DNA from: an uncultured virus (IMG/VR IMGVR_UViG_3300030524_000003) | Lineage: Duplodnaviria; Heunggongvirae; Uroviricota; Caudoviricetes | IMG/VR virus record: IMGVR_UViG_3300030524_000003 | Reading direction: 5' to 3' (one strand) | Length of the DNA stretch: 34,814 nt | In this document: piece by piece, positions 1 through 8,434 of the stretch | Layout of the letters: every line of letters starts with the position of its first letter | Numbering within the stretch: position 1 is the stretch's first letter | Notes under the pieces: generated by a model | Database searches by the model: none | Told to the model about the DNA's origin: nothing | Seen by the model: the letters and a program-made list of their open reading frames with translations, nothing else | Program-made: the position numbers and the translations under genes

Positions 1-5
1 AATCA

Positions 6-350
6 TTAGTCATCACCTCTCCGGCGGGTAATCGGGTTGCGACCGTAGCTCATAGGAGCGCAGCAGTCGCCGAGGTCGGATTGGCGCTCACCCTCTTTCC
101 GATTTTCGAACGAGCCTACAGCGCGGATATCCCCCACCGAAGCTCGCACGTTGTCCATAATCGAGGCAGTCTCGACGCGCTTCACGTACTTTCCCATCTT
201 CATCGGATTCTCGCTCGGGACGTAGTCGACGCAATCCTTTGTCCGCAGACGGCTGCGATCAACGAAGAAGTTATCCGTCGCGGAGTGCGTGTTCACCGGA
301 ATCTCAACGCCGTTACCTGCATCCAACTTGCGAAATGGCTGATATGCCAT
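6..350 (-). CDS. Hypothetical protein in virion gene operon
   Basis: 114-aa ORF co-oriented with the structural operon, with a GGGAGG RBS upstream. Confidence 0.75.
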   Translation of the reverse strand: MAYQPFRKLDAGNGVEIPVNTHSATDNFFVDRSRLRTKDCVDYVPSENPMKMGKYVKRVETASIMDNVRASVGDIRAVGSFENRKEGERQSDLGDCCAPMSYGRNPITRRRGDD

Positions 351-352
351 GG

Positions 353-691
353 CTACCTCCCGTTGTAGTGAAACTTTCTTCGGTACGTCTCCTTGATCCC
401 CTGTTTTCTCGCCTGGGGCGGAGCATTGAAATTCTTCGCGTCCATGTTGCGGACAACACTCGCAAAGTTATAACGCTGCTCCGCCTCGCCGAGCTGACGC
501 GCACTCGTGACTCGGATGGGTTTCCCGTGCTCGTCGTGTACATGCTGAATCGTCAGGTCGGCATAGGGGTTGGTGCAGGTAGCTTCCACCTTCTCGCGGA
601 CGCACCTGCAGTCTACGCCTAGAAAACGACCCGCCGTAAAGCGAACTCGAAAAACGATCTCCCCGCACTCATCACACGTCAACGCGCCCAT
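353..691 (-). CDS. Hypothetical protein with N-terminal Cys motif (CDEC...CRC), possible Zn ribbon
   Basis: Likely start is the ATG at 691 (MGALTCDECG), directly after the upstream stop. The longer 826 start overlaps the adaptor gene. Confidence 0.7.
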   Translation of the reverse strand: MGALTCDECGEIVFRVRFTAGRFLGVDCRCVREKVEATCTNPYADLTIQHVHDEHGKPIRVTSARQLGEAEQRYNFASVVRNMDAKNFNAPPQARKQGIKETYRRKFHYNGR

Positions 692-692
692 A

Positions 693-1706
693 TTAATAGT
701 CGTCCCATCCACCACCTCCGCCGGCCATGATCGGATGCATCGCATCCCATAGACCGCCGCCAGGGGTATAGTACGGCAAACCTTCGCCTGGATATATAAG
801 ATTCGTTCGATACAGGTTCTCATCATTGTCGGCCATCTTCAATAGCTCAGCCTCAAAGTCAGCACGTTTGCGCGCAGACTCCGCCGCATCGTAGTACGGA
901 TTCTGCCTCGGGCCACGCCAGATCAGAGCCTCGGCAATCGCGTGCTTGATGACCACGTCCGCCCGTATATAAGGCGGGAGCGCATCCGAATCGTTGACCA
1001 GATTCGGCGGCTGCGTGTACGCCAAAAACGGAAGCGCCTGCTGAATCCACGACAACGGGTAGAGTTCGATGATGTAGTTTCCGTTTGAGTCTGGTGGCAC
1101 CGCAGCGACGCCCCACGGAAAAACTCCGCCCGACTGCCTCCATGGGTCAATATTGTTGAGGAGGTCCTGGGTCAGATTCAGGCGAATCTTGATCGCCTGA
1201 ATCATATTCACCATCGTCTTGATGTACTTGATGTTCGGCCCGATATTGAAATAGTACTGCGCGATGAAGTAGCCGCTCGAAACCGATGGCGAACCCCACG
1301 GCATCTCCAGCGTCAACACCTGGTTCACTGTGTCCACGCCGATGATCGTGTAGATAGGATTGTTGTAGCCGATACGGAACTGCCGACCGACTACATCGGC
1401 TGTCCATGCGGTGTTCGTCCCCACCACTGAAGCCGATCCCAGCGTCGTCGCCGCAGTACCGCCAACAATCGCGGCAGGGCAAACAACCTGGCCTTTAGTG
1501 AATAGCCCGTACCACGTCTTGCGATCGTAGATCGTCCTGACGGCGTCGTTGATCCATTGGCCGGCGATCGCCGTCGCATCTGGATTCACAGAATTGATTC
1601 GCCCGATCATCTGGCCGAAGTTCATCTGGTTGACGTAAGGATTTACGCCCTGAGTTGGAAGAACTTGGTTTGGGATTTGGACGGAGGTGGAAGGGATTAT
1701 CGGCAT
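693..1706 (-). CDS. Putative head-tail adaptor/neck protein
   Basis: 337 aa, downstream of the capsid genes. Helical N-terminus (WINDAVRTIYDRKTW) and C-terminus (LPPYIRADVVIKHAIAEAL) resemble podovirus adaptor proteins, with an inserted beta-rich segment. RBS GGAG. Confidence 0.6.
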   Translation of the reverse strand: MPIIPSTSVQIPNQVLPTQGVNPYVNQMNFGQMIGRINSVNPDATAIAGQWINDAVRTIYDRKTWYGLFTKGQVVCPAAIVGGTAATTLGSASVVGTNTAWTADVVGRQFRIGYNNPIYTIIGVDTVNQVLTLEMPWGSPSVSSGYFIAQYYFNIGPNIKYIKTMVNMIQAIKIRLNLTQDLLNNIDPWRQSGGVFPWGVAAVPPDSNGNYIIELYPLSWIQQALPFLAYTQPPNLVNDSDALPPYIRADVVIKHAIAEALIWRGPRQNPYYDAAESARKRADFEAELLKMADNDENLYRTNLIYPGEGLPYYTPGGGLWDAMHPIMAGGGGGWDDY

Positions 1707-1736
1707 AGAACGACTCTCCCTTCCTTCCGGATTAGA

Positions 1737-2075
1737 TTACTCGCCAGAGGCGTAAACGATGACACCGAAGATGAAGGTGGTCATATCGACTGCGTTTGCA
1801 ACTTCAGCACCAGCGATATAGGCCTGGACCTTACCAGTCTGCTCGTTGTAGACAATGGTATAACCAGCGCCAGCCGTGTTGACTGAAATCTGACTTATAC
1901 CAATGATGCCGTTACTCGTGGCTCCTGGACCACCAGTTGCAGCCAAACCCCAAAGCGCACCAGTCACGGCAATACCGCCAGTGGCGTAGACTCCGAGACT
2001 GAGCGTGTCGACCGCAACCGGCACCGTCCCAAACAGATTGAAATTGTCTCCCGCTCGTCCTGCCGTAGCTGCCAT
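1737..2075 (-). CDS. Putative small virion structural protein
   Basis: 112 aa, Gly/Ala/Thr/Val-rich, RBS AGGGAG, between the capsid and adaptor genes. Confidence 0.65.
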   Translation of the reverse strand: MAATAGRAGDNFNLFGTVPVAVDTLSLGVYATGGIAVTGALWGLAATGGPGATSNGIIGISQISVNTAGAGYTIVYNEQTGKVQAYIAGAEVANAVDMTTFIFGVIVYASGE

Positions 2076-2111
2076 GGTGATGCTCCCTTATTGAAGTCGC
2101 TACGTCCTCGA

Positions 2112-2723
2112 TTAGTTGAGGAATGGTACGTAGAGGTCGGCCAGCCCACTTGCCAGCGTAGTAAGTGCGTAAGCAGCCACGCGCTGAGGAGACGCGGTCG
2201 CGGTCACGGTGTGGCCGGTGGTGAAAGCTCCGGTCGCGCCGTAGATCGAGTCGCCAACAGTGCAGGCGGTTGGAGCCGCATTTGGCAAAAACCCGCCAAT
2301 ATGGATGAAGCACCAGTTGCCGTTGATGTTGGTGGCAGTCGACAGGCTCGGCACCGAGGTGGTGTTAGGAAGCAGCCAGCCGGCAACATTGTTGATACCA
2401 CTTGCGCCACCGAAGGACTCGGAAAGAAGACCGGTGACCACGGTGAAGGTCTCATCCTTCCAGTAGACGATGGCTGGGCCAGCGAGGATCGCCTGCGACG
2501 CGGTCGGGTTGTACCGAACGTATTTCAGAAATCGCGGAGACCCAACGCCATTAGTCGAGATCGTGGCGGGGCTCGGCTGGGTCATGTAGATCCCGCCGGG
2601 AGTGTTCATCGCACCATTGGTCAACGAGTTGTTGCCGTTGGTATTGGTCGTCACGTAGCTGTCGATGGTCGTCAGCGCGCTGCCGCTATCGATTACCGGA
2701 AAATTCAATCCCATGAATCCCAT
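2112..2723 (-). CDS. Putative capsid decoration/cement protein
   Basis: Immediately after the MCP. Start refined to MGFMGLNFP at 2723 (RBS AAGGGAG). Thr/Gly/Ala-rich, beta-type composition. Confidence 0.6.
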   Translation of the reverse strand: MGFMGLNFPVIDSGSALTTIDSYVTTNTNGNNSLTNGAMNTPGGIYMTQPSPATISTNGVGSPRFLKYVRYNPTASQAILAGPAIVYWKDETFTVVTGLLSESFGGASGINNVAGWLLPNTTSVPSLSTATNINGNWCFIHIGGFLPNAAPTACTVGDSIYGATGAFTTGHTVTATASPQRVAAYALTTLASGLADLYVPFLN

Positions 2724-2779
2724 GATGCGTCTCCCTTTGCAGCCAAATGAATTTCTACGCCTAGAAGCATCACCCCCGA

Positions 2780-3748
2780 TTAGGAGGTGATGCCGGCCAG
2801 GATGAAGCCAAGACGCGGAGCCGAGACCACGATGTCGCCGCCAAAGCAAAGCTGGCCAGCAGCATCAACCGAGTTCGGAAGCTCCTTGAAGCCGGTGAAG
2901 CCAAATCCAAAGAGCTCCTGGTCGGAGATGTACACGTTGAGAAAGTCCGTGTTCATGCCGAAGACGTAGCCGCTCGGGACGTACTGGTCAACTACCAACC
3001 GCTCATTGTTGAAGCGGATGGCACGGAAACCGACCGAGAAGAGGTCGCTCGAAGTGTCCATGACGCGCTGCGCGGGAACCAGCTTGTTCCAGATCGAGTT
3101 ATAAATCGACTGGGTAGTGGCCAGCAGGTTCGGGCAGCGGTTGCCGAAGGTCGCCTGACCCTGAGCCTTCTGCAGTGTGGTTAGCGGTAGAGGACCGGCA
3201 ACGTTCTGGTAGAAGCCGTTGATGCCGGCGTTGGCGCCAACGCCGATAGCCGCACGCGACAACTGGCCGTAGCTCGGGTAGTTGGTGCCGTCGTCGTAAC
3301 CGGCAAGCAACCCATCGAGGGCGATCTGGCTGGTGACGGTGCCCTGTCCGTCGCCATAGATGTCGGACGCAAGAGATTGAGCCAAGGCCTGTGAGCCGTT
3401 GACCATCTTCTCTTCAACGAAGGACATGATCGCTTCCGTGCCGCGGTTCAGGACGAGTTGAGTGCCCTGAATGGTCACGTTCGCGTAGTAGTACTTGGGA
3501 TTGAACACCATGGCGGTGTCAGTCTGCACGTAGCTGATGTCGAACGTGCCGCCGGGGGCGAATGGACCCGCCTTCAGAGGCGCGTACTGAATCGGCTGTT
3601 GAATCTGCGTCCCACCGGGGAACGTGCGAGTGGTCTCACCCTTGAAGATGAGCGCGAATACCGGCGACACCTTGTAGTATTCGTCAACAATTTCGTTGAC
3701 GATATATGCGTTGGTGACCGCGGTGATGTCGTTATACGGTAGTCCCAT
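2780..3748 (-). CDS. Major capsid protein (podovirus-type, HK97 fold)
   Basis: 322 aa with motifs GGTQIQQPIQYA, KYYYANVTI and LASDIYGDG..LDGL typical of podovirus MCPs. Follows the scaffold-like gene. Confidence 0.88.
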   Translation of the reverse strand: MGLPYNDITAVTNAYIVNEIVDEYYKVSPVFALIFKGETTRTFPGGTQIQQPIQYAPLKAGPFAPGGTFDISYVQTDTAMVFNPKYYYANVTIQGTQLVLNRGTEAIMSFVEEKMVNGSQALAQSLASDIYGDGQGTVTSQIALDGLLAGYDDGTNYPSYGQLSRAAIGVGANAGINGFYQNVAGPLPLTTLQKAQGQATFGNRCPNLLATTQSIYNSIWNKLVPAQRVMDTSSDLFSVGFRAIRFNNERLVVDQYVPSGYVFGMNTDFLNVYISDQELFGFGFTGFKELPNSVDAAGQLCFGGDIVVSAPRLGFILAGITS

Positions 3749-3769
3749 GGTAGTTCCCCCTGAAAATAA

Positions 3770-4501
3770 TTACTCGTTTACCGCAGACATCCGTGCGTCG
3801 AGCGCCTCGGCGGCCTTCTGCACGGCTGTCTTGACACCACCGTCCGCCGTCGAACCATCCCGACGCCGTGCGGTCAAAATCGAAACTGGACCCTTCGAAC
3901 CACTAGGGGTAACTCCCGGCAGAGAAGCGCCAGAGTTGCGCTGCTTCAGTCCCTCGCGAATGCCCGTGTCAATAGCCTTCTGCTGCTTCACCGGAGCAAT
4001 GAAAGCGTCGTAGGCTGCGCGGACACTGCCAAACTTTGTGAAGCCACCCTGTTCGGTAATGAAGGTATTCAACTTCGCGTCATCGAAGTTCTCGCCGGTA
4101 AGATCGTGGTACTCGCGATCGATCCGCTGGAGTTCGCGGCTAAGTTCGACTGAGCGCGCTACCGAGTTATTGAAGAGCTTGTCGCCTTCCGGCTTGATGG
4201 CCGCAGTAATCGCGGTGTTGATACGCTCGTCGAGATTGCCGATACGCGAATCCAGTAGTTTTGCGATGTCGTCAAGTCCAGCGGACAACCCGGTTGTGCC
4301 GACGGGCGGCTCGGTGGTGATAGTTGTGGGCGGGGTGACTACAGGAGCCCGCGCAGGCTGGCGAACAGGCACGATGTCGGTTGTGCCTTCGTAGTAGTGG
4401 GTAAGCTCTTCGCCGAACTGCACTCTCGAGCGCACCTCCGGTGTCAACTTAGCGACTACGTCCGCTCCGAGCAAGCCTTCGAGTTCATCCATGAGTGCCA
4501 T
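3770..4501 (-). CDS. Putative capsid scaffolding protein
   Basis: 243 aa, helical with low-complexity linkers, directly upstream of the MCP, strong RBS GGAGAGG. Confidence 0.65.
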   Translation of the reverse strand: MALMDELEGLLGADVVAKLTPEVRSRVQFGEELTHYYEGTTDIVPVRQPARAPVVTPPTTITTEPPVGTTGLSAGLDDIAKLLDSRIGNLDERINTAITAAIKPEGDKLFNNSVARSVELSRELQRIDREYHDLTGENFDDAKLNTFITEQGGFTKFGSVRAAYDAFIAPVKQQKAIDTGIREGLKQRNSGASLPGVTPSGSKGPVSILTARRRDGSTADGGVKTAVQKAAEALDARMSAVNE

Positions 4502-4533
4502 AACTTTTTACCTCTCCTCGTCAAAACTTTGGT

Positions 4534-4914
4534 TTACGTCGCAGGGACAGCCTCACCGGGCTTTGGGGTCGGTGGTGCTGGTGGTGCAGCCGCGGGATCG
4601 GTCGAAGCCGAAGGCGCGGGTGAAGCTGAATCCAAGTCTTTGGGATCTTTCTTGAGAACGTCGACCACCATCTCCTTGAGTGGAGCCAGTGCGCGGTCGA
4701 TGTACGTCTGGGTTCCGTCCTTCATCTTTGGAACCTTCTTCAGCACGCTCATGACTTTCGCAACAGCCTGAAATATTTCATCTTCAGGCTTACCACCGTC
4801 AGCGCCGCCCGGCGCACCACCTGGAGCGGGTGCTGCACCCGGTGGGGGTGCTCCGCCGCCTGGCTGACCTGCCATGCCGTCGTAGAAACTCGGTGGTGTG
4901 CTCGCAGCGGCCAC
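4534..4914 (-). CDS. Pro/Gly/Ala-rich head-module protein
   Basis: 126 aa, GTG start just after the upstream stop, with a helical core flanked by disordered Pro-rich arms. Confidence 0.7.
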   Translation of the reverse strand: MAAASTPPSFYDGMAGQPGGGAPPPGAAPAPGGAPGGADGGKPEDEIFQAVAKVMSVLKKVPKMKDGTQTYIDRALAPLKEMVVDVLKKDPKDLDSASPAPSASTDPAAAPPAPPTPKPGEAVPAT

Positions 4915-4916
4915 AA

Positions 4917-5087
4917 TTATCCTTTGTTCGAGGACGGGTAGCCCGTCTTCACGTTGACGCTCAGGCCGCGATCAGGAACAACCGCGTCGTTGGCGAGATG
5001 GCCAAAGGTGGTGATCGAACCCTTCTTCAGCGAAGGAGACTTTACCGGCTCACCGAAACTCTCTTTGGAAACTGGCAGATTTGCCAT
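4917..5087 (-). CDS. Small hypothetical protein (56 aa, MANLPVSKESFGEPVKSPSLKKG...)
   Basis: Translated by hand; not in the ORF track. RBS GAGAGGG upstream, and the stop abuts the next start. Confidence 0.7.
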   Translation of the reverse strand: MANLPVSKESFGEPVKSPSLKKGSITTFGHLANDAVVPDRGLSVNVKTGYPSSNKG

Positions 5088-5109
5088 GATGCCCTCTCTT
5101 TTGATCTGA

Positions 5110-5127
5110 GGCCGGATTGCTCCGGCC
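5110..5127 (-). promoter_or_regulatory. Stable stem-loop GGCCGGA-GCAA-TCCGGCC (GNRA tetraloop) between small head-module genes
   Basis: Perfect 7-bp inverted repeat with no U-tract on the coding strand, so more likely an mRNA stability or processing element than a terminator. Confidence 0.5.
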
Positions 5128-5177
5128 CCTGATTGTTTTTCTCGGTGGGATTATTCCCCCGCCTGACTTGCAGCAAA

Positions 5178-5240
5178 CTACTTGCTGCGCTTCCCGCCGC
5201 GCTTGTGCTTGCGGCCACCCTTACGGCCCTTATGGCGCAT
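5178..5240 (-). CDS. 20-aa highly basic (protamine-like) peptide MRHKGRKGGRKHKRGGKRSK
   Basis: ATG at 5240, TAG at 5178, strong RBS AAAGGAG 8 nt upstream. Codons are the same GC-biased set (AAG, CGC, GGC) used in the structural genes. Confidence 0.75.
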   Translation of the reverse strand: MRHKGRKGGRKHKRGGKRSK

Positions 5241-5423
5241 AATGAGTACTCCTTTCGGATCGGTTTGTTATAGCGGCCTTCACCGCTGTCAGGCTTGGTC
5301 GCCCTTGCCTGATTGAGAGATTTACTGAAATGGAGAAACTTTGCAACACATGCGCAAGCAAAAAGATCGAAAAAGTTTGATTTATTTTATAGCGTTGGTT
5401 CGTGGCCCCCGATAAAATACGGT

Positions 5424-6107
5424 ATGCCCCGTAGGAAGATAGAATTACCCGCTGGTATTTGCATTTGTAGAAAACCCGAGTGTGATATTCCGTTCGGCCT
5501 TTGCCATTGCGGCTGCGGCGAGAAAACAGGGATAGCGAAACAATCGCAATCTTGCCTAAATCACGTCATGGGAATGCCTAAACTTCGTGTTTACGGCCAT
5601 GGAAAAAGGGTTCGGCGCGTCGACCCTCCTGTCAGAGCTAATTGTTCATTCCGCCTCATTCACCTTGGCGGACAGTATTTCACAATCGTCGATGCCGACG
5701 ATTACGAGAAGTTCAGTAACTTCTACTACGCCCTGAGCAATGGCTACGCAATGAGGCATCTTCCCGAGGGTGGCTCAATTGGCCTGCACCGCGACGTTAT
5801 GGGATCTCCCCCCGGAAAGATGGTAGACCACCGCAACGGGGACACCCTCGACAATCGCAAGGACAACCTGCGCGTCTGCACGCGGGCTCAAAACTTCCAC
5901 AATCATCGACTCAGTAAGAGAAATAAGACCGGATACACAGGTGTTTACCTAATCGAAAAGACGGGACAATGGACGGCCAGCATTGGCTTCCAGGGGAAGC
6001 TGATCTATCTCGGAGCCTTTCGCCTGAAGCATCAAGCCATCCAGGCCCGCCGCAAAGCAGAGAAAAAGTACCACGGCGAGTACACGCCAAAAACACGTCG
6101 CCGCTGA
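5424..6107 (+). CDS. HNH homing endonuclease with C-terminal AP2 domain
   Basis: VDHRNGDTLDNRKDNLR HNH motif, TGYTGVY...WTASI...YLGAF...A AP2-like domain and N-terminal CHCGCG motif. Likely leaderless start at 5424 (TAAAAT at 5413-5418). Confidence 0.9.
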   Translation: MPRRKIELPAGICICRKPECDIPFGLCHCGCGEKTGIAKQSQSCLNHVMGMPKLRVYGHGKRVRRVDPPVRANCSFRLIHLGGQYFTIVDADDYEKFSNFYYALSNGYAMRHLPEGGSIGLHRDVMGSPPGKMVDHRNGDTLDNRKDNLRVCTRAQNFHNHRLSKRNKTGYTGVYLIEKTGQWTASIGFQGKLIYLGAFRLKHQAIQARRKAEKKYHGEYTPKTRRR

Positions 6108-6108
6108 T

Positions 6109-7890
6109 TTATTTTTTGCCCTTATGCTGCATAGCTCCAGCCGCCCCGGCCAAAGCAATCTTCTCCGCCGCCTCTTCCTTGAGTTCTTTCTCGATGAGGT
6201 TGACGTCGACATTCTCGTCCAGAATGCGATAAAGTCCACGTCTGGACATGTCTCCCGCCTTGCGCAGACCGAACGCCACGCCGATTTTGTCTTCTTTCTC
6301 GATCGACAAAAGGCTTCCCTTTCGAACCCCAAAACCAACCTTCGAAACGAAGTCTTCGCCCGACATCCCCTTTGGGATCGTGCTGCCGTAAATCGGCTCA
6401 AAGTCGTTTGCAACCACCGCATCGGAACCAAACTTGGCAATACGATAGCGCGTATCGGCGAACTGGAGGAAGCGCGAGATAGTCATCGTGCCGGATTCGT
6501 TGAGGAAAGTCTTCAGCGACCGTCCGGCAAAACGGATGTTGGTCGAACGGCTCGACAGGATCTTCTCGATCGAGTCGCCGCCCGGCACCTGCTTCTTCTG
6601 GAGCGCCTGATTCATCGCCGCGGCGCCCGAAGTCAAATCCTGCTCCGCCTCGATGCCCTGCTCGAACGGAAGCACGTAGTTGCCGAGCTGTGGCGGTTCG
6701 CGGAACTTCGGTGCCTCACGCGCATTGTTGTTCCAAACAATCTTCGAGCCTGGTGCGCCGGGGTCGAGGGAGTCCCAGTTTCCCTGGCTCATCGCACCAA
6801 CCGGCCCGATGATCGACGGCTCGATCGCCGCCATGATCGTGTCCATCACGCCGCCGTTGATTCGGTTGATAATGTTCTGCAGCGCGATCTGCGGCTCCAG
6901 CATCGACAAACCGTTGAACTTCCACGGCACCCGGTAGGGTCGATACTGTACAAACGGAAATTTTCCATCCCAGTACGGGTTGCAGGTGTCTTCAAGTACC
7001 TTGCCGCCGGCAACAGTAACGACGCGCCCACGCGGAAATAGTGGCATTCCCGGCTCAACCCAGTAGCCCCAGTTGGTGTTCTCTTTGCCAACGAAAACCG
7101 ACGTCGACCCGCGCAGGATGCGGTCATCTTTGAACCAGAAGTCTTTGAGCATCACCTGTGGATACTTCGACTGGACACCTTCAGTCTTGGTCCCCAGCAG
7201 CGCCTTGAGCGGCCCCGGCATGTGGTTCCATGTACCCTTGGCGATGCGGGTCGGGCGGATCGTCATGCCCGGCATCTCAGAGTATGAACTGTCGGGCTTC
7301 ACGCCGTCGGCAACCGCACCGTACTTGCGCTTGAGGTACGCGAGATTCACTACCCGGCGAGCGATGACACATTCCGCCTCTTGAAGTTTGGTCGACGCCC
7401 CGATCTGCATGAGGTTGACTGGGGATATCGGCTGAAACTCCACATCGCCCAAACCGCCGTTCAAGGATGAGTTCCACTGGATTTTTGCATACCCCGTGTG
7501 GATCAAACCCCACATCACGACCTGAGTAAGCTCGTCCTCGAAGTTCATCGTCTCCGCCCATTCGACGATCATGTGGTTGAGGAGTTCCTGGAGCTCGGAG
7601 TAGCCGTCAAAGCGGTCGTGAATCTTCACCTGGAAGTCTGGCTGGATGTCGGTGAGCAGGCCAACTGTCTCGATAAACTGGCGGAATAGCCGGTTTTTCG
7701 TGGGGCGCGAGCGGCCAAACCGCGATTTCGCTGTCCACTGCCGACCTTCAATGTAGTCGATGCAGCGTGAGACCAGTTTGAAGTCGCTGGAACCAGTGAG
7801 ATCGTCTTCGGCTTCGCCGTAGACGGAGTCGCACCAATGGACGACCTCACGCTCGAGGCTCAGCTCCGGCCGTTCATTTGGAGCACTCAT
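6109..7890 (-). CDS. Portal protein (P22-like/podovirus)
   Basis: 593 aa between terminase and scaffold/MCP. Motifs GLIHTGYAKIQW, NPYWDGKFPFV and GLSMLEPQIALQNIINR are typical of podoviral portals. Confidence 0.88.
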   Translation of the reverse strand: MSAPNERPELSLEREVVHWCDSVYGEAEDDLTGSSDFKLVSRCIDYIEGRQWTAKSRFGRSRPTKNRLFRQFIETVGLLTDIQPDFQVKIHDRFDGYSELQELLNHMIVEWAETMNFEDELTQVVMWGLIHTGYAKIQWNSSLNGGLGDVEFQPISPVNLMQIGASTKLQEAECVIARRVVNLAYLKRKYGAVADGVKPDSSYSEMPGMTIRPTRIAKGTWNHMPGPLKALLGTKTEGVQSKYPQVMLKDFWFKDDRILRGSTSVFVGKENTNWGYWVEPGMPLFPRGRVVTVAGGKVLEDTCNPYWDGKFPFVQYRPYRVPWKFNGLSMLEPQIALQNIINRINGGVMDTIMAAIEPSIIGPVGAMSQGNWDSLDPGAPGSKIVWNNNAREAPKFREPPQLGNYVLPFEQGIEAEQDLTSGAAAMNQALQKKQVPGGDSIEKILSSRSTNIRFAGRSLKTFLNESGTMTISRFLQFADTRYRIAKFGSDAVVANDFEPIYGSTIPKGMSGEDFVSKVGFGVRKGSLLSIEKEDKIGVAFGLRKAGDMSRRGLYRILDENVDVNLIEKELKEEAAEKIALAGAAGAMQHKGKK

Positions 7891-7930
7891 ATCGCCGAGC
7901 CTAGCACGAAGTCATGGTTGCATTCCACGA

Positions 7931-8419
7931 TTAGACAGGAGATTCTACGCCAGCTTTGGCGAACATGCCCTGCACGAGTTCGAGCGCCGCCGTCTGGGAG
8001 GCGATCTGGACTTCAAGTTCTTTGGCGTTCTTGATGGCTGCAAGCATCTGAGTGCCCGTCATCACCCCAAGAGACCGCATTTCCCGCGCCTGCATGCCGT
8101 CGACGATAATCAGGTCGCCGTCAGTGTGCAGCCGGATAATGTTGTCAACCGTGGCATCGAGCTGGCCGGGGTGCATGTTATTGAACTTTTCGAGCGCGCT
8201 CCCGTTCACGAAGACATCGACCTTTACATCGCCGGCGTTCGCCTTGCGGATGACTTCAAGCTTTATCATTCGCGGGTTCATCGACATCACCTGGGCATAA
8301 TTTCCCAACTGGTGACCGATAACGCACTTGAACATCACGTTGTCTTCCTTGACTACCTCATTGTTGGCCCCGTTCTTATCGCAGGTGGGGCACCACATAA
8401 ACGCTCGCTCTCCAGCCAT
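7931..8419 (-). CDS. Hypothetical protein with N-terminal Zn-finger-like motif (CPTC...CVIGH)
   Basis: 162 aa, RBS GAGGAG, between TerL and portal. Confidence 0.75.
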   Translation of the reverse strand: MAGERAFMWCPTCDKNGANNEVVKEDNVMFKCVIGHQLGNYAQVMSMNPRMIKLEVIRKANAGDVKVDVFVNGSALEKFNNMHPGQLDATVDNIIRLHTDGDLIIVDGMQAREMRSLGVMTGTQMLAAIKNAKELEVQIASQTAALELVQGMFAKAGVESPV

Positions 8420-8434
8420 TGTCGTCTCCTCGTC

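Noticed and set aside
6124..7041. 305-aa + strand ORF and similar long antisense ORFs (2091..2750, 12630..13427, 10626..11195)
   Set aside because: These are shadows of well-supported genes on the opposite strand in GC-rich DNA, with no RBS or motifs.
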